This document shows, in pieces, positions 63,365 to 64,000 of a stretch of DNA of 64,000 bases; position 1 is the first letter of the stretch, and each line of letters starts with the position of its first letter. The notes beneath the pieces are model-generated. The model had not been told where the DNA came from and did no database searches. It worked only from the letters and a program-made list of their open reading frames with translations. Source of the stretch: Stegostoma tigrinum (taxonomy: Eukaryota); assembly GCF_030684315.1 (NCBI RefSeq), contig NC_081355.1, positions 22,221,316 to 22,285,315 of the forward strand, read 5' to 3'. The position numbers were made by a program, and so were the translations under genes.

Positions 63365-64000
63365 AAGATCTGCTATTTCTCACTGTTTTACTGATATAAG
63401 AGTAACATTAGCTGTTGGTCACTATTGGAGTCACTCTGGCACTTTTCCCTCAGTCATGGAACTTTTACGTATAAAGTAGTGTCTCTGGAATCTCCTCCCC
63501 AGTTTCCTTATCTATTTGCAGATGTACACTGTCCAGATCTCTGACTTTTTTTTTCCATATGTATTTCTGCCAGTTGGTTAATAAACAAACTATTCAGTAA
63601 ACTAATTTGGCCCAACACTTCCTTCAAAATCCTGTAAGTTTCCTTTTCAAATGCATATTCGATTTCCATTTTGAAAGTCATTATTGAATCTCTTCTTACT
63701 ACCTCATGCAGTCCATTCCAGATCATAAGAATTTATGACATTAATCAAAGTCTCCTCACCTCCTCTGTAGATTTTAAAGACATGTTAAGAGCAAAAAAAA
63801 AGACAAAATCTGATGACATCCTACCAGCAGGTGTCTTCCAGTTGTCTGCTCCATTAGGCACTGAAGGGACATAAAATGGATATTTGATTTGACATCTGAA
63901 CAATATTTAAGTAATTACTGTCGAAGAGATGCAATAACATTTAAAATCAAAAACATCATAAAAAAATGCTTGAGTTCAAGTTGAAATACTTTGAAAATGC

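Overview
Eukaryotic genomic DNA, almost certainly from a shark; the HE1/V-SINE, CR1-LINE and Penelope-derived repeat content is typical of elasmobranchs (carpet shark is a guess). The whole window lies inside one minus-strand gene for a collagen VI long chain (alpha-4/5/6 family, most COL6A6-like). I can place 16 coding exons with canonical AG/GT boundaries and consistent phase (7088 nt, about 2362 codons): 11 single-exon vWA domains, a split N1 vWA domain (3 exons), the Cys-rich junction exon and the first 54-bp Gly-X-Y exon. Both gene ends lie outside the window. The main finding is an internal block duplication of the N-terminal vWA array. Exon lengths run 621-561-561-576-567, 597, 621-561-561-576-567, giving at least 12 N-terminal vWA domains against 7 in mammalian alpha-4/5/6 chains, with hints of patchy gene conversion between the copies. 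The introns hold nested retroelements, including TSD-flanked palindromic Penelope remnants that carry minimal hammerhead-ribozyme cores, plus Harbinger transposase relics and several structured tandem repeats. Comparisons with named families and mammalian proteins are from memory, not from database searches; repeat boundaries are approximate.
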